From Octopus bimaculoides (taxonomy: Eukaryota): a stretch of DNA of 64,000 nt. A model generated the notes under the pieces. The model was not told where the DNA came from and made no database searches. It worked only from the letters and a program-made list of their open reading frames with translations. The translations under genes were made by a program, and so were the position numbers. Below are positions 51,698 through 64,000 of the stretch, in pieces; the first letter of the stretch is position 1; the number at the start of each line of letters is the position of its first letter. The stretch is from positions 25,288,936 to 25,352,935 of the forward strand of contig NC_069003.1 of the NCBI RefSeq assembly GCF_001194135.2, in the 5' to 3' direction.

Positions 51698-53527
51698 GTG
51701 GACATCTTTCAGTTTCCATCTACCAAATCCACTCATAAGCCTTTGGTCAGCTCAAGGCTATAGTAAAAGACACTTCCCCAAGATGTCACACAGTGGGACT
51801 GAACCCAGAACCATGTGACTGGGAAGCAAACTTCTTAATGCCCAGCCATGTCTGTGCCTATCTCTGTAATTAATTTGGTAAAAAAATTTGCTATATTGTT
51901 TTCTTATATTTTTTATACATTTTTGTTATTTTATTTTTATCTAGTTACCTCATTTAAATCAAAATGGTGAATTCTTTAATTTATTATATAGTACTTAATC
52001 AATATCAAGGTGTTTATGTGTAGAAAATTTTTTCTGTAACAATGGCAGCACATAAGGCAGTGGGCAAAATGCTTAGCAGTATTTCGTCTGCCACTACGTT
52101 CTGAGTTCAAATTCCACCAAGGTCGACTTTGCCATTCATCCTTTCGGGGTCGATTAAATAAGTATCAGTTACGCACTGGGGTCGATATAATCGACTTAAT
52201 CCGTTTGTCTGCCCTTGTTTGTCTCCTCTATGTTTAGCCCCTTGTGGGCAATAAAGAAATAAGAAACATTAGCACGCCGGGAGAAATGCTTAATGGTATT
52301 TCATCTGTCTTTACATTCTGAGTTCAAATTCTGTCCAGGTCGTCTTTGCCTTTCATCCTTTTGGGGTTGATAAATTAAGTGCCAGTTACATACTGGGGGT
52401 CGATCTAATCGACTGGCCTCCTCCCCAAAAATTTCAAGCCTTGTACCTAGAGTAGAAAAGAGCAATGGCAACACATATCTTTACTGTGATGTTGACCTTT
52501 TACTAACCAAATCAATGTAATTTTGTCCATTTCCTGCTTTCCATACATTATATATATAAAGAGTGAATTTTGTGTGTATGTTTAGAGTTGGTGTAACTGT
52601 GGTGTTCTGGTGATCTGATGAGCAAGCCTTTTTTATTTGCATTAATTTGTGAATATACAATTGTATTGTGTGATGCTGAGCATACATATTACACATGATT
52701 TCCTGTTTACTCAAATTAATATTATGTGAACAAGGTTGTGAAACAGCTGTAACCCTATAGAAGTTGTATGGTTAGATATATTCACCTCCTGACTAGGTTT
52801 TTATATACTCCTCACGGAATAATTTTATCACTCAGATTTTCTAGATTTTCAGTTACATGAACACTTTACATTACACTACTTTGTAATTACTATGTGAACT
52901 GATAACCAGTTCCATAAGAGGAGCTTATTATTATAGCCATATGATTCTCTGAATCCATGTTTTATACTACTCTCTGTTGTATTTATATATTTTGTTTGTT
53001 TCTACACTGGCACCTCCAAGATTGAGTGGTCTCAATGATAATGATATGAAACCACTATGATATTTTGGGTCGTTGACTGACAAAGAAAACTCAGCTGCGA
53101 ATATTCCGTGTATCATGTCTTTGTCTATATTTCCCTGTCCATTAAGTCTTTGTCTAGTTTCCCATTTGCTCTGCTTTTGTCTAACTTTTTCTCCTTGTGT
53201 TCTGTCTGTTCAACCCTTGATACACACACACACACACACATACATATGATTTCATTTTCTGGTTTTTCAACCTTCCACCTTTTATATATATACACACACA
53301 CACATTTCCATCTTGCCTTTTCTCACTTTTTCTGTCATCTCATTTTTAGTTCATTATGCCATGGGGGCAGTGCCTGATGATTGTGCTAGGACACCAAACA
53401 TGTTAAAAAAACAGCTAGGCATGTTCTCATCACATGAAACTAATAGTAGCACATAAAAACATATATTGTGTCCACTAAATAATTATATATACATATGTGT
53501 TGTATAATTGTTTCTTTTTCTTTCTAG

Positions 53528-53617
53528 ATAATTCTTGACCAATTTGGCTGTAAAGCTCGGTGTTCTGTTATGAGTGGTGTGACACAGGACAATCAGCTTG
53601 TGCTTGGAAGATCCGAT
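53528..53617 (+). CDS. VPS11: VPS11 exon 8
   Basis: ttctag|IILDQFGCKARCSVMSGVTQDNQLVLGRSD|gtacgg. Confidence 0.9.
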
Positions 53618-54622
53618 GTACGGTTTTTTTTTTTTTTTATAGTTTCCTTTGTGTTTTTGTGCTTATGTGTAGATTGTATGTTTGTGCAGAGACACAGTAA
53701 TATATTTAACAAAACCGGGGAGCTTCTCTCATCAGTTGCCTATTGGATACCATCATTTTGATGCCATGTGTGTGAATGAATAAATAATTAATTTTTAGGC
53801 TACTTACTTTTATCTGAGGGTCTATGAATATCATGTGCACCAACCACTGGCTGACTAAACTACAATGTATATTTGTTTATTTGTTTCAGTCATTTGACTG
53901 CGGTCATGCTGGAGCACCGCCTTGAATTTTTAGTCAAATGAATCAACCCCAGTACTTATTATTTTTTAAGCCTGATACTTATTCTATTGGTCTCTTCTGC
54001 CGAACTAAGTTACAGGGACATAAACACACCAACACTGGTTGTCAAGCAGTGGTGGGGACCAAACACAAAGACATACACTCACACACACACACACACACAT
54101 ATCTTATATATATAAAATTGAAGATTTCTCTGTGTGTGTACAAAAATTTAATGTACTTCAATAATTTCTACATCTTTCATCCAATTTCTTTAGAATTTTA
54201 TACACAGCTGCTTCATATCCCAGTCCCAAATATAGGCTACTTAGATTTTTTAAAAATCGATATTGGGGCCTCTAGAGTGTACCTAACTAGGTAAATTTTT
54301 ACAAGTACACTCCCATGCTTTTTACCAGAAAAAACACACCCCACGATTTTCCGTGTGGAATCAACTCCCCTTACAACCTTCTACGTCAATAAACCACTAT
54401 TGTTCCTGAAAGTTGTTTTTTATACCTTCTACAAACTGCTTCTTTCAGTTTCCAGCTACCGAATCCACTCACAAGGCTTTGGTCAGCCCAAGGCTATTTT
54501 AGAAGACACATGCCCAAGGTACCACACAGTGAGAGTGAACCCAGAACCATGTGGTTGGGAAGCCAGCTTCTTACCACACAGCCACGAATTCTTTTTCATA
54601 CATATATATGCATTATTTGTAG

Positions 54623-54750
54623 GTTGTGTATTTCTATCAACCTGATGGCCGAGGTCCTTGTCTTGCACTGGAAGGAGAAAAACTGATGCTTGTTTGGTTC
54701 CGAGGATATTTAATCACAGTTCGACGTGAGAAACGTTCTTTGCCACCAAT
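54623..54750 (+). CDS. VPS11: VPS11 exon 9
   Basis: ttgtag|VVYFYQPDGRGPCLALEGEKLMLVWFRGYLITVRREKRSLPP|gtaagt, phase 2. Confidence 0.95.
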
Positions 54751-55597
54751 GTAAGTGAACTTTCCTCTCTAATAATTTTGTTGGTATTTTTTCTCTCTAT
54801 TGTTGTTCTTTATTTACAAAAGTTAAATGGCCCAATGGATAATGTATTAATTTGCCTTCAATTTAACATCCAGGAATGTAAGTTTCTGGCTTAGTGTAGG
54901 ACAGTTAATTTTATTGCCCCTTAGTTCCTTTAGCTAAAAGGAAATAGCTACTAAGATTTCTGGATAGTTTATCTGTGGTTGGCTATCATCTAATCCAAGG
55001 GTTAAGGGGATTTAGACTGGCATGCAACACAACAACCTTCTACACATCTCAATCCCAACCTTATGTTATTTCTTCTGCGAAGTTTTTAATCTTCAAAGCA
55101 ACACTGAATTCTTCCCTGCTAGTCCTTCATCTGTCTTTACTATTCGCGTTGTCCAGGATGTGTTTGACACATTGACTGACTTTCTTCACCTTACACATTC
55201 TCATTATTGCCTGAGAATCTCCATCAGGTTTTTGAGATCTTGTCAATGTATGCCAAAGAAAGAGAGAAGAAATGAATACCAAATAAATGCCTCTCAACAC
55301 ACACAGACAGACACTCACATCCGTGTATTCAGAGAAATATGGATACAGATATGGTAGACTACTTTCTTTCAGTTTCCAGCTACCAAATCCACTCACAAGG
55401 CTTCAGTCAATCTGGGGCATTTGCCCAAGATACCACAATGCTGGACTGAACCCAAACCATCTGGGTGGTAAGCGTCATCATCACCATCATCATTTCACAT
55501 CCACTTTTCCCATGCTTGTGTGGGTAGACAGAATTTGTCGATGCAGATTTTCTACAGTCAGATGCCTTTCCTGTTGCCAACCCTCATGCGCATGCGT

Positions 55598-55635
<38 letters not shown>

Positions 55636-55958
55636 CATGGATGTAAATTATGATATATATCATACATCTTGATCAGGGGTTCTCAACCAGGGTCCATTTA
55701 TGATTTTTGCAGGGTCCGCAGATGCAATATAGTAAATTGGGAGTCCACAGTAATTTTTCAGGCCAGGGTCTACATTAAGACTGCAATTGACTTCAAGCAA
55801 TGCTGCCTGGCTCACTGAGTTTGTTTTCAAATTGAGCTTCTAAACAATCTACTTCCCTAGTCACCTACATACGTTTTACAGTAAAAGGATATGTTTTAAT
55901 TGAATGAACTCTACAAATTATTATTATTATTACATTTATATTCCTCTTTTCATTTCAG

Positions 55959-56100
55959 GAGTAACGATGGTCTTGAGATGAATATTGTAACCATTTATGA
56001 CATCCAAAATAAATTCATAGCTTTCGTTGGACCTTTCCCTGAAATTATTGATATTGTCTATGAATGGGGTTCAATATTCATTTTAGCTGGGGACAAAAGG
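55959..56100 (+). CDS. VPS11: VPS11 exon 10
   Basis: tttcag|SNDGLEMNIVTIYDIQNKFIAF...EWGSIFILAGDKR|gtgagt. Confidence 0.95.
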
Positions 56101-56712
56101 GTGAGTAGAATATCAAAATATACCATATTGAAATATGTCTACAATTTTGTCCTAATATTCTTTTTCTCCTTTTTTTTCATTCTCATCGTTTTTTCTACCT
56201 ACTTTGCATGTTAGTATGGTGGTCAGACAGGATTTTCTCAGAAAGTAGCTTGTATCAAGATATGCTTAGTCTTGCTAGTTGAATGGTGACTTCATTGTGC
56301 TGGCACCATGAAAATAGCTCCCAGTACACTCTGAAAGTGGTTGGCATTTGGAGGCCATTCATAGAAATCATTCCAAAGAATTGGAGCATGATGCAATCAT
56401 CGGACCTGTGATTGGACTATCAAATTGTCCAGTCCATACAAGCACAGAAGTCAGACATTAAAGGATGGTGATGATGATGATGATGATTTAACCCTTTAGC
56501 ATTTAAACTGGCCATATCGGGCCAAAATATTCCGCCTATTTCATGTTCAAACTGGCCAGATTTAGCCCTTCACATCTACCCTACAGTTTCATTCTAAAAA
56601 TCAAGTTACTTCATCAAAATCTGAAATCTGTAATAGACACTATATGATTAATTCAAAACAATGTCAATGAGCAATGCATTTGGTATATATAAGCAATACA
56701 TTTGATAGAATA

Positions 56713-57098
56713 GGAGGCGCAATGGCCCAGTGGTTAAGGCAGTGGACTCGCGGTCATAGGATCGCGGTTTCGATTCCCAGACCGGGCGTTGTGAGTGTTT
56801 ATTGAGTGAAAACACCCAAAGCTCCACGTGGCTCCAGCAGGGGATGGTGGCGAACCCTGCTGTACTCTTTCACCACAACTTTCTCTCACTCTTACTTCCT
56901 GTTTCTGTTGTGCCTGTAATTCAAAAGGTCAGCCTTGTCACGTCACACTGTGTCACGCTGAATATCCCTGAGAACTACGTCAAAGGTACACGTGTCTGTG
57001 GAGTGCTCAGCCACTTGCACGTTAATTTCATGAGCAGGCTGTTCCATTGATCGGATCAACTGGAACGCTCGTCGTCGTAAGCGACGAAGCGCCAACAA
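56713..57098 (+). mobile_element. SINE family D inserted into a piggyBac-like MITE (56492-57126)
   Basis: 11-bp TSD TTGATAGAATA at 56702 and 57099; the host MITE resumes and ends tgctaaagga-TTAA. Confidence 0.9.
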
Positions 57099-57448
57099 TT
57101 GATAGAATAATCTGAATGCTAAAGGATTAAATCAGACGTCTTCAACCATTTTCTTTACCTATGGACCCTAATTTGATTCCTGTTTCACTCAGATGGACCC
57201 TAATAACCATTTGATGTTTAAGAAATCATATTATATATCTTATAATTAAATATTATAAGGAATTGTATAAAATAATTGTTAAATTATTTTGTGTATAGCC
57301 AATTTATTGTATGTAAATTTTGATGGCAAAATCCCCCCCCCCCAGGGCCAAGAAGAGCTCAGATGAGAATCATTGGTTTAAATGAATGCCAAATTATCTG
57401 ATATTTTCAGATCGTTATATTTAATTTAATTGTTCTATTTATTTACAG

Positions 57449-57528
57449 TTTTATCAACTGATTGAGAAAGATACACAAACTAAATTAGATATTTTATTTC
57501 GTAAGAACCTTTACAATATAGCTATCAA
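57449..57528 (+). CDS. VPS11: VPS11 exon 11
   Basis: ttacag|FYQLIEKDTQTKLDILFRKNLYNIAI(N)|gtaagt. Confidence 0.95.
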
Positions 57529-58162
57529 GTAAGTAGGATTTTGCTTTCTTTTGTAAAATTTATATTTTCTTGTTTTTATTATTAGCATGACATAGCTGTG
57601 TGTGTGTATGTGTGTGTGTGCATGCACTAGGAAGGGCATCCAGCCATAGAAACCATACCAGAACAGATAATGGAGCCTGGTGCAGCCTCTGGCCTTACCA
57701 GCTCCAGTCAAACCATCCAGCCTATGCCAGCATGAAAAACGGATGTTAAATGATGATGATGAAAATGTCTTGGGGTAACAAACACAGCCCAACAAGAATG
57801 GTTGGCGACAAGCTAGGTGTATCAGCAGGAGAGCTTCAGTTGCTGGCTAGCTTTAGCTCACTGCACATCCCTCTCAAATTTGCTATGCCTTCCTGTGGGA
57901 AAAACAGTTTTGGTTTATGAATATTTCAGGTGATGAATAGCCTTCAGAAACACATTAAATTCATAATTCCACTGCTCTAAATTTTCTGTTTACACCCCCA
58001 CCTTTTTTTTTTTTTAAAATTTCTTACTTTTAAATTTCAAATAGAAACATTCTCATTAGATGAAATTAGAGTTGTGATAGTGTCTGACTGGAATTCCAGT
58101 TCTAACAAAATTACATATATTTGATTATATTTCTAAACTTTTTTTTTTTCAATCTTCTGCAG

Positions 58163-58316
58163 TCTAGCAAAAAGCCAACATTATGACCAAGGTGGATTGA
58201 TAGATATCTTCACACAGTATGGAGATCATTTATACAGTAAAGGAGACCACGATGGAGCTATTGAGCAATATATTAAAACTATTGGTAAACTGGAAGCTTC
58301 ATATGTAATAAGAAAG
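58163..58316 (+). CDS. VPS11: VPS11 exon 12
   Basis: ctgcag|LAKSQHYDQGGLIDIFTQYGDHLYSKGDHDGAIEQYIKTIGKLEASYVIRK|gtttgt. Confidence 0.96.
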
Positions 58317-59802
58317 GTTTGTGGCTTTCCACTATTATGTTATGAATGAATTATACTGTGTAACACGGTTTTTGTTGTTGGTAGCAATTGTTATTTTGTA
58401 TTTGCTTACCCCTAGAAAGTATGAAAACTGGCTAATATTTCCTTCAAACTTTACTTCTGTTACATTTATTCCAATGCTAAAGAATCCCTCTCAACACATG
58501 GCTATGACGTTCCCCCACTACTTCTGTTCATGATCAAAGATACACATAATGAAAGCCACGAAGAGACATGCTCAGGCGGTTAAGGTCAAGCAAATGACAA
58601 GCAAATCTGTAGTATTGAGCAGAATATTTGCTATAATGATATTTCTGCTTCAGCAACTCGGCACTGAATCTGTCTGAAATGTTATGGATAATATAGGTCA
58701 GTTTCAAAACATTGATGTCCAGGTGACAAAAGCAAAGTTTGAAGGGGATAGTAGTCATTTCCTTTGATTTCTAGACAGAAACAAATAGGAAAAAACACTT
58801 ACTAACCAAAGACACACACAAAAAAAAATATTTGTTGTACAGCGTTATCTGGAAAGATTTCTTTATGCAAATTATAAGCACCACATTGAGACTGGAATTA
58901 TCAAAGGACGACACTGGCATGATGAACATATTGTTATGGGGTGGAGGTTANNNNNNNNNNNNNNNNNNNNNNNNNNNNNNNNNNNNNNNNNNNNNNNNNN
59001 NNNNNNNNNNNNNNNNNNNNNNNNNNNNNNNNNNNNNNNNNNNNNNNNNNNNNNNNNNNNNNNNNNNNNNNNNNNNNNNNNNNNNNNNNNNNNNNNNNNN
59101 NNNNNNNNNNNNNNNNNNNNNNNNNNNNNNNNNNNNNNNNNNNNNNNNNNNNNNNNNNNNNNNNNNNNNNNNNNNNNNNNNNNNNNNNNNNNNNNNNNNN
59201 NNNNNNNNNNNNNNNNNNNNNNNNNNNNNNNNNNNNNNNNNNNNNNNNNNNNNNNNNNNNNNNNNNNNNNNNNNNNNNNNNNNNNNNNNNNNNNNNNNNN
59301 NNNNNNNNNNNNNNNNNNNNNNNNNNNNNNNNNNNNNNNNNNNNNNNNNNNNNNNNNNNNNNNNNNNNNNNNNNNNNNNNNNNNNNNNNNNNNNNNNNNN
59401 NNNNNNNNNNNNNNNNNNNNNNNNNNNNNNNNNNNNNNNNNNNNNNNNNNNNNNNNNNNNNNNNNNNNNNNNNNNNNNNNNNNNNNNNNNNNNNNNNNNN
59501 NNNNNNNNNNNNNNNNNNNNNNNNNNNNNNNNNNNNNNNNNNNNNNNNNNNNNNNNNNNNNNNNNNNNNNNNNNNNNNNNNNNNNNNNNNNNNNNNNNNN
59601 NNNNNNNNNNNNNNNNNNNNNNNNNNNNNNNNNNNNNNNNNTATGCTTTTACTTTGAAACTGCTATAGTTTCAAATTCTTTGGGAGTTAAATTGACAAAT
59701 AGAATTCAACCTTTCTCTTTGAGTTACCATTATGTTTATTATCTTATTGTATTTGATTATTTAATTATATTTTTATTCTTTTTTTTTTTTTTTTCATTTC
59801 AG

Positions 59803-59949
59803 TTTTTGGATGCTCAAAGAATCCACAATCTTACTCGATATCTCCAAGCCTTACACAAACAGACTCTGGCCACTGAAGAACACACTACACTTCTATTAAA
59901 CTGCTACACTCGATTAAAAGATGTGTCAGAACTTGATAAATTCATTAAG
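59803..59949 (+). CDS. VPS11: VPS11 exon 13 (clathrin-heavy-chain-repeat region)
   Basis: tttcag|FLDAQRIHNLTRYLQALHKQ...HTTLLLNCYTRLKDVSELDKFIK|gtaaag. Confidence 0.96.
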
Positions 59950-62414
59950 GTAAAGTCATTAGAAAGAAGCAGTAACAGAGCTCAACCTCTTTTACTCTTT
60001 TACTTGTTTCAGTCATTTGACTGCGGCCATGCTGGAGCACCACCTTAGTCGAGCAAATCGACCCCAGGACTTATTCTTTGTAAGCCTAGTACTTATTCTA
60101 TCGGTCTCTTTTGCCAAACCGCTAAGTTATGGGGACGTAAACACACCAGCATCGGTTGTCAAGCAATGTTGTGGGGACAAACACACAAACACATACACAC
60201 ATACATATATATATATATATACATATATACGACAGGCTTCTTTCAGTTTCCGTCTACCAAATCCACTCACTAGGCTTTGGTCAGCCCGAGGCTATAGTAG
60301 AAGACACTTGCCCAAGGTGCCACGCAGTGGGACTGAACCCTGAACCATGTGGTTGGTAAACGAGCTACTTACCACACAGCCACTCCTGCACCTGTTCAAT
60401 ATGTCTCTAAAGTTCCTTCTACATCACTGCTCCACAACCGGTATGCCGCGGCACACTGGTGTGCCATGAGACGAAGCTAGGTGTGCTGCAGTGTAACCTG
60501 AATATAATTTCTTTCCCGATACTTTTAGTTATATTTTTTAGTTCAGGTGTTCCACCGAATTTTGAAAAGAATATAAGTGTACCACAAGAGAAAAAAAGGT
60601 TGTGAGGACTGTTCTACATAATTGCTTAATACCTACAATGGGTGCTGGTGTCAGGTAAAAAGCACCCAGTAAACTCTGTAAAGTGGTTGGTGTTAGAAAA
60701 GGCATCCAGCTGTAGAAACCAAGCCAAAACAGACTATGGAACCTTGTGTGGCCCTTGGCTTTGCCAGTTCCTATTAAGTCATCCAACCCATACCAGCACG
60801 GAAAAACAGGCATTAAATCATCAGGATGATTTTAGAATAGGGGTGACATGTTTTTAAATCTCAAGTTTAGAAACCTCCCTCATATTCAGTATTGGATAGA
60901 TATAACTAAATTACTGATTCAATGCAGAAATTCGACACAGACATTTTTATATGAATAAATATCTGAGCCTGAAATGGCCAAATCTTTCTCAAATTACACT
61001 CCACTATCTTTGAAAAGAAAACATTTGATAATGTAGACTCAGACTTAAAAAGACAAGATGGTCATAATTGAACATTTTTGATCATAGGTCTGCTTAGACA
61101 GGACTGACCTGGGGCTAAACATGAACAGTATCAACATGGGTGTATCTGAGATACTGGACATGTTACTTAGATTGGTTCTAAGTAATTGATAACTAATTAA
61201 TAAAAAGCAGATAGATACTGGACCTTATGATGAGTACTTTGGGCTTTAAGAGATATTTTAGTTAGCTGGCTCCATAATGAAAAAAGGGATGATAGCCTAG
61301 TAGTTAAGTTATTAGACTTCTCAATCAAAGGCTCGTAGGTTCCATTCCCAGACTAAATAGTACGTTGTGCCTATGGGCAAAGCACTTCATTTCATGATGT
61401 TCCACTTCACTCCGTTAAAATGAGCTGCAGAGTGGAGCTTCATAGACTATTACTCCAACATCTCATGAATGCAAGATATCAATAGCTTTTGATAGCTAGA
61501 GCACTCTTGATGATGGTGGTGGTGGTGGTGGTGGTACTTCTGTGTCTTTTTCTTCTTCAACATGGGGTCTACTAAAGGAGCCACTAAGTTGTTGCTTAAA
61601 CTGTTAGAAATAGCTACCAAATAGGTCTCATCACATACTATCATCTTAAAAACAAGGACATATTAATGTAAGCTAATGTAATCTTAGATACATTATATCA
61701 TTGCTGAAATACTTCTGGTATTAGATGTACTCAGCAGAACTTGTTAAGAACTATAACAACATCAATTAATCCTTTAGCATTTGAAGTACTCTTTCAAATA
61801 TAATGCTTGTTTATTCATGTTGTTCTGAATTAATCCTGCACTATTCTCATAGCTTTGGGATCTCAATGATTATTTTTAGAATGACATCATAGAGTAGGTG
61901 TGAGAGAGGCTAGATCTGGCTGGTTTGAACATAAAACAGGTAAAATATTTTGGCTGGTTTGAATGCTAAAGGATTAGACCTTATTCGGAATACATAGAAG
62001 CTCAGCTTGTCCAGAGAATTTTATCTCATCTGCATGATTCCATAATAAAGAAATAAACCCTTTGTTTAAAAGACTGATGAATCTTAAAGATGCATCTACA
62101 TTTGTCTATCTACAGAACATGAATGGACGGTTTACTTATGTAGAGTTGATCAGGAACTACAATGACAGTTTGAGAATGTGTGGGGTTACCAGAGGTGTTA
62201 GAAATAGTAACTGAATTTCTCTCAAATGACACAAAAACATCTTTAAAAAGGCAGGGGAATGACTATATTGGATAGTATAGCTTTTAGACATACAAAAATA
62301 TGGGATGGTCACAGGGGGAATGTCTGTTCATTCTGAGTTGATCTGGGGATTATACTACTACTACTACAACTACAAAATCGACAATTAAACCAAAGCTTTT
62401 CTTTTTGTTTGCAG

Positions 62415-62606
62415 ACAAAAGACAGGGAAGTTGACTTTGATGTTGAAACTGCCATCAAAGTGTGTCGACAGGCTGGTTATTATGAACATGCCTTATTTCT
62501 GGCTGATAAATACAACATCCACAAATGGTACCTGAAAATCCAATTGGAAGATATCAAAGATTTCAAGAAAGCACTGGAGTACATTGGCAAACTTAGCTTT
62601 GCAGAG
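62415..62606 (+). CDS. VPS11: VPS11 exon 14; gene continues beyond the window
   Basis: ttgcag|TKDREVDFDVETAIKVCRQAGYYEHAL...WYLKIQLEDIK...YIGKLSFAE|gtaatt. Confidence 0.96.
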
Positions 62607-63857
62607 GTAATTAAGCTATCATTTTTGCACCCCTTCCATTATAGCAAGACACCTGTTTCCTACCTCACTGTCTCTCTGTCACACTAACCTTTCATCCTCT
62701 GATACAAGTTCCCTTCCTCAAATGCCCCTGCCCCTCTCATAATTCCTTATCTTGCGAGTTACTTGGTGACCCTGTCAGTGCTGGTACCACGTAAAAAGCA
62801 TCCAGTCCACACTAAAGTGGTTGGCATTTGGAAGGGCATCCAGCTGTAAAAACCATACCAAAACCAACCTTGCCTGTGCTAGTGCCGCATAAAAAGAGCA
62901 CTAAGTCCACTCTGCTGAGTGGTTGGTGTCAGGAAGGGCATCCAGCTGTAAAAACCCTGCCAAAACAGACAGTAGTCTAAGGTAGTTTTCTTCCTGGCCG
63001 GCTCCTGTCAACCGTTCTACCCATGCATGCATGGAAGACAGATGTTAAACAATGATGATGATAAATCTTGTCTCCTTTCATCTTCAGTGAATTAACCATT
63101 AGTATTACTATTTAATATAAGTTATTAATAATGATTATAATTAATATTATTAGCAAACTAGATTTGTCTTTATATCTTTTCACTGTTACAGATTTTTTTT
63201 CCTATCTCCTTTTTTTTCTTCTTCAACCTCAGTTTTGGTTTTCATTCTAATGGCTTATCTCAAATAGAGCCAAGCCAACAATGCAGTGGATCGATGAAAT
63301 TTTTTTGCCAGTACCACCTGACTGGCCTTCGTGCCGGTGTCATGTAAAAGCACCCACTACACTCTCGGAGTGGTTGGCATTAGGAAGGGCATCCAGCAGT
63401 AGAAATCATGCCAAATCAGATTGGAGCCTGCTGTAGCCATTTGGTTCGCCAGTCCTCAGTCAAATCGTCCAACCCATGCTAGCATGGAAAGCGGACGTTA
63501 AACGATGATGATGATGATGATGATGGCTTTCCTACAACTTGTAGCTCTGTACTGATGTGAGAAATCATCATCATCATCATCATTATTATTAAGACAGTGA
63601 GCTGGCAGAATCATTAGCATCATCATCATCATCATCGTTTAACGTCTGCTTTCCATGCTAGCATGGGTTGGACGCCAGACAAAATGCTTAGCAGCATTTC
63701 ATCCATCTTTACGTTCTGAGTTCAAATTCCACTGAGGTCAACTTTGCCTTTCATCTTTTCAGGGTCAATAAATTAAGTACTAGTTATGCACTGGAGTCGA
63801 TGTAATCGACTGGTCCCCACCTCAAAAATTTCAGGCCTTGTGCCTAGAGTAGAAAGG

Positions 63858-63907
<50 letters not shown>

Positions 63908-64000
63908 GAAGGCAAGCTGGCAAATCATTTAGCACACCAGGGAAAATACTAAGCAGTATTTTATCTGTCTTTACACTCTGAGTTCAAATTCTGCTAGAGT

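Noticed and set aside
58951-59641. Missing VPS11 exons hidden in N-gaps (also 44968-45349 and 48556-48628)
   Set aside because: The flanking exons join in frame and colinearly with VPS11 (YVIRK|FLDAQ, LDK|MDR, KLK|DIN), so no exon is required.

Overview
Eukaryotic, AT-rich, repeat-dense genomic DNA with nine N-gaps. The SINE families, microsatellite density and gene structure look like an octopus (coleoid cephalopod) scaffold; this is inferred, not database-confirmed. Two plus-strand protein-coding genes can be assembled by hand. (1) A Golgi-type type II membrane sulfotransferase-fold gene: coding exons 3155-3285 and 16412-17471, about 396 aa. Both of its PAPS-binding motifs look degenerate. 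(2) The 5' 14 coding exons of VPS11 (32346 to 62606, 519 codons, continuing beyond the window). Almost all other ORFs in the track are artefacts of SINEs, microsatellites or N-runs. The rest is a mosaic of tRNA-derived SINE families, piggyBac-, hAT-, Tc1/mariner- and Merlin-like MITEs, and decayed R4/Dong, RTE, Gypsy and Penelope-like fragments. The most unusual observations are: the probable pseudo-sulfotransferase, whose lost residues are reachable by A-to-I recoding; a cluster of GGATC-ended fold-back MITEs carrying telomeric repeats, one of which split a SINE whose halves are now in opposite orientations with an inverted 8-bp TSD pair; and two degenerate minimal hammerhead ribozyme motifs in VPS11 intron 1.
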